Shown one piece after another: positions 25,609-25,845 of a stretch of DNA of 25,845 nucleotides (position 1 is its first letter; each line of letters opens with the position of its first letter). Under the pieces are notes generated by a model. It saw only the letters and a program-made list of their open reading frames with translations. It was not told the origin of the DNA and did not search any database. The position numbers and the translations under genes are program-made. Source of the DNA: Myxococcales bacterium (GTDB taxonomy: Bacteria > Myxococcota_A > Polyangia > Polyangiales > Ga0077539); NCBI GenBank assembly GCA_016792845.1, contig JAEUKH010000043.1, positions 1 to 25,845 of the forward strand, in the 5' to 3' direction.

Positions 25609-25845
25609 TCACTGCGATTCTGAGTCCGCATCGACCGAGGCCAGCTTGAGGGGCGCGAGCCTCGCGAGGCCCTCGGGGGCGATCATGCGGCCGAGGGCCT
25701 CGGCGTCGAGGCGCCCGTCGCCGTGCCACCGCACCCGAAAGAGCATGGCCGCGGCCTCGGCCGTATAAGCGAGCTGCACCAGCGTCTCGGCCTCGAAGAC
25801 GCTGCACCCGCGCTCGCAGCAGAAGAAGGTCTCGCGCACCCGGTA
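25609..25845 (-). CDS. hypothetical protein, 3' part only (gene continues beyond the window end)
   Basis: The frame is open to the window edge. Strong GC3 bias. It ends 39 bp upstream of the TonB-dependent receptor start on the same strand. Confidence 0.4.
   Translation of the reverse strand, partial: YRVRETFFCCERGCSVFEAETLVQLAYTAEAAAMLFRVRWHGDGRLDAEALGRMIAPEGLARLAPLKLASVDADSESQ

Overview
This is a very GC-rich (about 70% or more) chromosomal window with densely packed genes on both strands. The gene content points to Myxococcota: a secreted protein made of Myxococcus-type cysteine-rich repeats plus a pre-peptidase C-terminal (PPC) domain, a fused MFS/spermidine-synthase protein, many lipoproteins, and a TonB-dependent receptor-like protein. 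Genes I recognise are proB (glutamate 5-kinase) divergent from proC (pyrroline-5-carboxylate reductase), an AI-2E family transporter, a cation-diffusion-facilitator transporter, a multi-domain S1 RNA-binding protein (ribosomal S1-like), an orphan sdhC-type cytochrome b558, a NodB-type polysaccharide deacetylase and an alpha/beta hydrolase. The left edge (1..~250) carries the 3' end of an IS982-like transposase gene in a lower-GC patch that also covers a VWA-domain lipoprotein gene. The most unusual structure is a ~3 kb unit (4726..7712). It is bounded on both sides by tandem 43-46 bp repeats (5 copies on the left, 3 on the right), each holding the same perfect AT-richer 17-bp palindrome GTTGAAC-AC(C/T)-GTTCAAC. 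Inside is a translationally coupled three-gene operon: two unknown proteins and an ArsB/NhaD-family permease. A second, unrelated 16-18 bp palindrome (CCTACCGATCGGTAGG) recurs at three gene boundaries and supplies the stop codon and a PTDR tail to two convergently ending genes. Many long six-frame ORFs with Arg/Pro/Gly/His-rich translations are antisense artefacts of the high GC and were not called. Promoters could not be assigned with confidence. Coordinates are taken from the supplied ORF track and refined by frame checks against the printed sequence.
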